This document shows positions 6,870-10,460 of a stretch of DNA of 10,460 nucleotides, piece after piece. A program made the translations under genes and the position numbers. The DNA comes from Candidatus Dadabacteria bacterium. Lineage in GTDB: Bacteria > Desulfobacterota_D > UBA1144 > Nemesobacterales > CSP1-2. The stretch covers positions 54,373 to 64,832 of the forward strand of contig PSLL01000016.1 of the NCBI GenBank assembly GCA_040289575.1, written 5' to 3'. The notes below the pieces were generated by a model. That model did no database searches, was not told the origin of the DNA, and saw only the letters and a list, made by a program, of their open reading frames with translations. Numbering within the stretch: the stretch's first letter is position 1; each line of letters begins with the position of its first letter.

Positions 6870-7583
6870 CTATTTTTTGAATTCAAAGTTGACTTCAGTA
6901 GACCTGCCCGCCGCAACCTCAACCTCTTTTGTAGCTTCCCCCAGAGCCGCGTGCCACGCCCTTAGTTTGTATCTACCAGGTGGGACATCGGTTAGAGTAA
7001 ATGAACCGTCTGCACCCGTAACCGTGATATAAGGGTGCTCGGACACATAAACGTATCCATTCATCCACTTGTGCGTATTGCATTTTATATATATCAGCCC
7101 GGCCTTCTTTATGGGTCTCTCTATAGACTCACCCTTATCCGGAAGGGCAATATTATAGAGCGTTTTTCCATCCTGATAGAGATGTGTATTGTGAAGGATT
7201 AGGTCGCTGTTTTTAATCTCTATTTCATTACCCTCAAAGCCTATCACGACATTTGGGTCAAACGCGCACTTGTGGTTATTGATCACCGCCATCTCTTTTG
7301 GGAATGGCTTACCCTTGTCTATGTTTTCAATCATAACCACAACGTCCTGAATCCCACCGTTTGGAGAGATAACATATTTATTTGCAGGAAGTGTGTTCCC
7401 ACAGTAGTCCTGATTTTTATTAGTCCTAATTATCTCATCCTTTGGAGGCGTCCCTACGAATTTCACCTTGCCCTTAATCGTTCCGCCGTCTGTTACTTGA
7501 ATTACTTCATAAGCATAAGCCGCCGATCCTAAGAATAGAGAGAACAGAATGAGCAATACACATTTTAAACATCTTTTCATCAC
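6870..7583 (-). CDS. Exported protein with a cupredoxin-like core and carboxypeptidase-regulatory-like beta-sandwich
   Basis: 237 aa; signal peptide ending in AYA, GGTIKGKVKF, NQDYC, KCAFDP, NSDLILH131NTH134, C168NTH171KWM174, GSFTLTDVPPGRYKLRAWH. Start is GTG 7583 or ATG 7580, with AGAGG SD. Confidence 0.82.
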   Translation of the reverse strand: MMKRCLKCVLLILFSLFLGSAAYAYEVIQVTDGGTIKGKVKFVGTPPKDEIIRTNKNQDYCGNTLPANKYVISPNGGIQDVVVMIENIDKGKPFPKEMAVINNHKCAFDPNVVIGFEGNEIEIKNSDLILHNTHLYQDGKTLYNIALPDKGESIERPIKKAGLIYIKCNTHKWMNGYVYVSEHPYITVTGADGSFTLTDVPPGRYKLRAWHAALGEATKEVEVAAGRSTEVNFEFKK

Positions 7584-7651
7584 TATTGACCTCTTATCGT
7601 TAGGAATGAATCTCTGCGGTTGTCTACACGAATTTATATCAAACTCACGTT

Positions 7652-7679
7652 AATATATCTTCATATGAACACAAAGCAA
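7652..7679 (-). promoter_or_regulatory. Possible sigma70 promoter with a palindrome in the spacer
   Basis: Minus strand TTGCTT, 16 nt, TATATT; the spacer contains the perfect palindrome TTCATATGAA (7660-7669). Confidence 0.35.
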
Positions 7680-7729
7680 GATGCGATTTTTTATCTATTT
7701 CGGTATCTCGAATGGATAAACAGCTAAAG

Positions 7730-8704
7730 TCAGTTCCTAAACTCCACAAGCCTCTTGAATTTATCGTTATAATATATCTTCCCATCAGAAAAAACCATAA
7801 ATACTCCGATCTCAGGGTGGTTGCCTAAAAATTCGAGCGATCTCTGTTTGCCCATGGCAAAAAGCGAAGTGGCATAGGCATCGGCGAGCGTGTTATTTCC
7901 CTCCATAATCATGGTTATGCTCTGAAAATCTCCGGCTGATTTTCCCGATTTTGGGTTAAGTATATGATTATAAGCTCTACCGTTCTTTTCGATATACCTC
8001 TCATAATCCCCGCTTGTCGATATTGCTAAATCCCGTCCTCTAGTATTGAAGGCAGCTATTGCATCCTCTTTTCTCGGATTCTTTATTCCTACAACCCAGT
8101 CTCCTCCAAATGCCCTCATATCACCTGAGATAGAAACAATGCCCTTTTTGATTCCTCTTTTCTTTAAAACCTCTACGGCCTTATCAACGGCAAAACCCTT
8201 TCCAATTCCGCCTAGATCAAGCATCATGCCCTCCTTCTCCAATAAGACCCGGCTCCCATCTATTTTCACCCACCTATAATTGACAAGGGCCTTTGCTCTA
8301 TTTATCTCCTCATCGGTCGGAACCCTCGCGTTTTCCCTTCCGAAATGATAAAGACCAATCGTTAGGGCACCGATTGTGGGATCAAACGCCCCATTTGTCT
8401 CCTCGGCAACCTTAAGTGACATTTGCAGGGCCTCTTTAACCTCATCGCTTACCTCTACAGGCTTTTTTCCCGATGAGCGGTTAATCATGGATATTTGGCT
8501 GTCAGTCTTGTAATCCGATAACAGATTATCCAAATCCCTCATCTTGGAAAACGCCGCGTCTATATCCGCATCCGTTCCTCCGAAGACATTCACACGGGCA
8601 TACGTTCCCATGAGAAACTGCAGTCTCTCTATAGGCTTTTCACCGGAGCATGAAAGAAAGAGAATACAAGTTAAAATGAATATCTTAGGAAGGTGAAATT
8701 TCAC
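7730..8704 (-). CDS. apbE: FAD:protein FMN transferase (ApbE family lipoprotein)
   Basis: 324 aa; lipobox-like LFLSC, LMGT, GAFDPTIG, LDLGGIGKGFAVD, SISGD, ISTSGDYER, HILNPKSG, ADAYATSLF. The GTG start lacks a clear SD. Confidence 0.96.
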   Translation of the reverse strand: MKFHLPKIFILTCILFLSCSGEKPIERLQFLMGTYARVNVFGGTDADIDAAFSKMRDLDNLLSDYKTDSQISMINRSSGKKPVEVSDEVKEALQMSLKVAEETNGAFDPTIGALTIGLYHFGRENARVPTDEEINRAKALVNYRWVKIDGSRVLLEKEGMMLDLGGIGKGFAVDKAVEVLKKRGIKKGIVSISGDMRAFGGDWVVGIKNPRKEDAIAAFNTRGRDLAISTSGDYERYIEKNGRAYNHILNPKSGKSAGDFQSITMIMEGNNTLADAYATSLFAMGKQRSLEFLGNHPEIGVFMVFSDGKIYYNDKFKRLVEFRN

Positions 8705-8710
8705 GTCTGG

Positions 8711-8747
8711 AAGAGAAATATGGAAGCACCTCTTGGGAGGTGCCCCC
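8711..8747 (-). terminator. Probable intrinsic terminator/attenuator between the small exported protein gene and apbE
   Basis: Minus strand GGGGGCACCTC-CCAA-GAGGTGCTTCC (11-bp stem, 2 G-U) followed by ATATTTCTCTT; starts 9 nt after the stop at 8757. Confidence 0.65.
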
Positions 8748-8756
8748 TAACCTATT

Positions 8757-9155
8757 CTACTTTACAGGCTCTACCTTTTCAACAACCATACCCTTAGCGC
8801 CCCCGCCCTCAAACACTTTACCGGTTACCTTTACCTTAGTTCCGATAAATGGAACCAACTGTTCATCAGGACTGGTTCCGGGTTTCCCCTCTATTGTGAA
8901 GAAGAGCGAACCGTCATCAGACAGAAGAGCCAAGCTCTGTCCGGCCTTATGACAGGCCGTAGCGCAGGCCTTATGACCCTCTCCCTTCAGCCCCTGAGAT
9001 ATATAGCAAGCCGGGTCAACAGGCTCGCTGAGAATCGTAAGGGTCTTAGGTTCATGCTTCATCATCTCCTTACCCTTCTGTATCTCTTCCGCGCCGAATG
9101 CCAGAGAAAGCGAGAGCAAACAAACCGCTACAGCTAGAGTTAAAAGCTTAGTCAT
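8757..9155 (-). CDS. Small exported hypothetical protein with Cys/His cluster (possible metal- or haem-binding)
   Basis: 132 aa; signal peptide ending in AFG/A, EPVDPAC50Y, H61KAC64ATAC68H69KAG, C-terminal GTKVKVTGKV beta-rich segment; AGGGGTG SD. Confidence 0.85.
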   Translation of the reverse strand: MTKLLTLAVAVCLLSLSLAFGAEEIQKGKEMMKHEPKTLTILSEPVDPACYISQGLKGEGHKACATACHKAGQSLALLSDDGSLFFTIEGKPGTSPDEQLVPFIGTKVKVTGKVFEGGGAKGMVVEKVEPVK

Positions 9156-9315
9156 TCTATTTCACCCCCTTTTTTATGGATTTTTATCATTAGGCACTTA
9201 TCTTAACATAAAATGGAAATATTTTCGTTAACTCTCACCCTCATTCTACGCATACGCCCAATCCAGATTCATATATTCGCCCTACTTATACCTATGTTAG
9301 AAATTTAATTACGGA

Positions 9316-10089
9316 TTATGATGTTCCAATCAGGTATATATCCCCCGTAGGCTTTGGCATGCCGCCTTCGGGTTCAAGCGTAACGGCAAATTTTTGAACC
9401 TTGTCAGGCTTGGGAATGGTCTCTAACTTCATGGAACCGTTTCCTTTCTCATCCACTTTGAAAACACCTGCACTCATAGATGTGTTATCCGCAATCACCC
9501 AGAGCTGATATGTTTTTTTAGGCGGGGTCTGCGGAAGATTCAGGCCGTAGAATATCGCCTTATTTGTCCTTTTATCCCAGAGCACCCTTCCATGAGCTTT
9601 TGAACCTGGATGGAGATTTATAAGGTCTACAACTACTGTATTCGGATTTTGAATCAATTCCATTAACTCACTCTGACTCGTAGACTGCTCCTTTAATCTG
9701 CTTATCTCCGCCTTTTGCTCTCTAAGCCCATCTATAAGAAATAGGTTGGATATAAAGAGAAGAACTAATAAGGCCAAGGCGCCTATCCCCACCAATTTAA
9801 GCCAAACAGGCTGAAATCTTTCCCAGAAAGAAGGTTTATATAAACCCTCTCTTACCCCCCTAGAAGCTCTAATACTTTTAAAGAGCCTTTCTTTAACCTC
9901 CGGAGATGGCTGAGCGTCAGGTAGGGAATAGGGAATAATGGATAAAACTGTCTCCATTTCTTTAATTGACTGCTCGCATACGGCACAGCCAGTCTTGAGA
10001 TGCTCTTCAAATTCCCGGAGTTCTTCTCCGTCAAGAGCGCCGAGGGCATAAATTGAAGATAATTCGTCGAACCTGTCTTGGCTTGCCAT
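9316..10089 (-). CDS. RskA-family membrane anti-sigma factor
   Basis: 257 aa; N-terminal YALGALD..E..EFEEHLKTGCAVC anti-sigma domain, PSPEVKERL, one TM helix, coiled coil, C-terminal LPQTPPKKTYQLWVI...SAGVF...FAVTLEPEGG.PKPTG typical of RskA. Confidence 0.93.
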   Translation of the reverse strand: MASQDRFDELSSIYALGALDGEELREFEEHLKTGCAVCEQSIKEMETVLSIIPYSLPDAQPSPEVKERLFKSIRASRGVREGLYKPSFWERFQPVWLKLVGIGALALLVLLFISNLFLIDGLREQKAEISRLKEQSTSQSELMELIQNPNTVVVDLINLHPGSKAHGRVLWDKRTNKAIFYGLNLPQTPPKKTYQLWVIADNTSMSAGVFKVDEKGNGSMKLETIPKPDKVQKFAVTLEPEGGMPKPTGDIYLIGTS

Positions 10090-10420
10090 TCCCTATTCCT
10101 TAATATACCTCAACATTTCGGCTACCGTCTGATCTTCCAGTCCTAATATATAATACGAAAGATAAGAACTTCTGGCCTAAATCTTTAAGACCTCCACCGA
10201 ATCGACAATCTAATTATGCACAAAACCTCTTCTCAAACATCGTGTCCGTTGTCGCCTATCTACCCAATATCGCATACCATTTTAGCCTAATTAGGGTTCC
10301 ATCTCAATAAAAACGGGATATACTCCATTTGATTTTTTTAATCTCTTATTTTAAATTCTATAGTCAACAGCCTAACATTCGGGAAAAGTCATTTAAAAAT
10401 CAGTTTCAGGAGGGAATATC

Positions 10421-10460
10421 ATGTCTAAGAAGGGTAATTCGCTTCTCAACAAGGGATACG
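10421..10460 (+). CDS. Start of a divergent gene (partial, unknown product)
   Basis: AGGAGG at 10408-10413, ATG at 10421, open to the window end (MSKKGNSLLNKGY). Confidence 0.6.
   Translation, partial: MSKKGNSLLNKGY

Noticed and set aside
6181..10049. Plus-strand ORFs 6181-6375, 6548-6799, 7272-7532, 8046-8279, 8740-8952, 8949-9137, 9852-10049
   Set aside because: All short and antisense to confidently identified minus-strand genes; no motifs.
1..10460. CRISPR array, tRNA/rRNA, transposase or integrase
   Set aside because: No regularly spaced repeat-spacer series, cloverleaf, rRNA-like sequence or recombinase motifs were seen.

Overview
Bacterial chromosomal window of moderate GC with a redox and signalling flavour; the host cannot be determined from sequence alone. 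Left to right: a DUF59/SufT-like Fe-S assembly gene (minus strand, runs off the left edge, missed by the ORF track) and thiol peroxidase tpx, divergent from a cold-shock protein gene. Next come a hairpin-rich 300-nt spacer, an aldo/keto reductase broken by a single +1 frameshift, and a membrane class III nucleotidyl cyclase (sensor-HAMP-cyclase-TPR) whose purine-selecting Lys is replaced by Gln. A 600-nt gap holds two unannotated, internally deleted relics: a FitA/VapC-type toxin-antitoxin pair (+) and an HNH nuclease (-). A minus-strand run follows, in transcription order: an RskA-type anti-sigma factor without an adjacent sigma gene, a small exported Cys/His protein, the ApbE flavin transferase, an exported cupredoxin-motif protein and a luciferase-like oxidoreductase. 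A partial + strand gene starts at the right edge. The best candidate for an undescribed system is the anti-sigma/Cys-His protein/ApbE/cupredoxin cluster, in which ApbE has no canonical flavinylation target nearby. All family calls come from motif recognition by eye; no searches were run.
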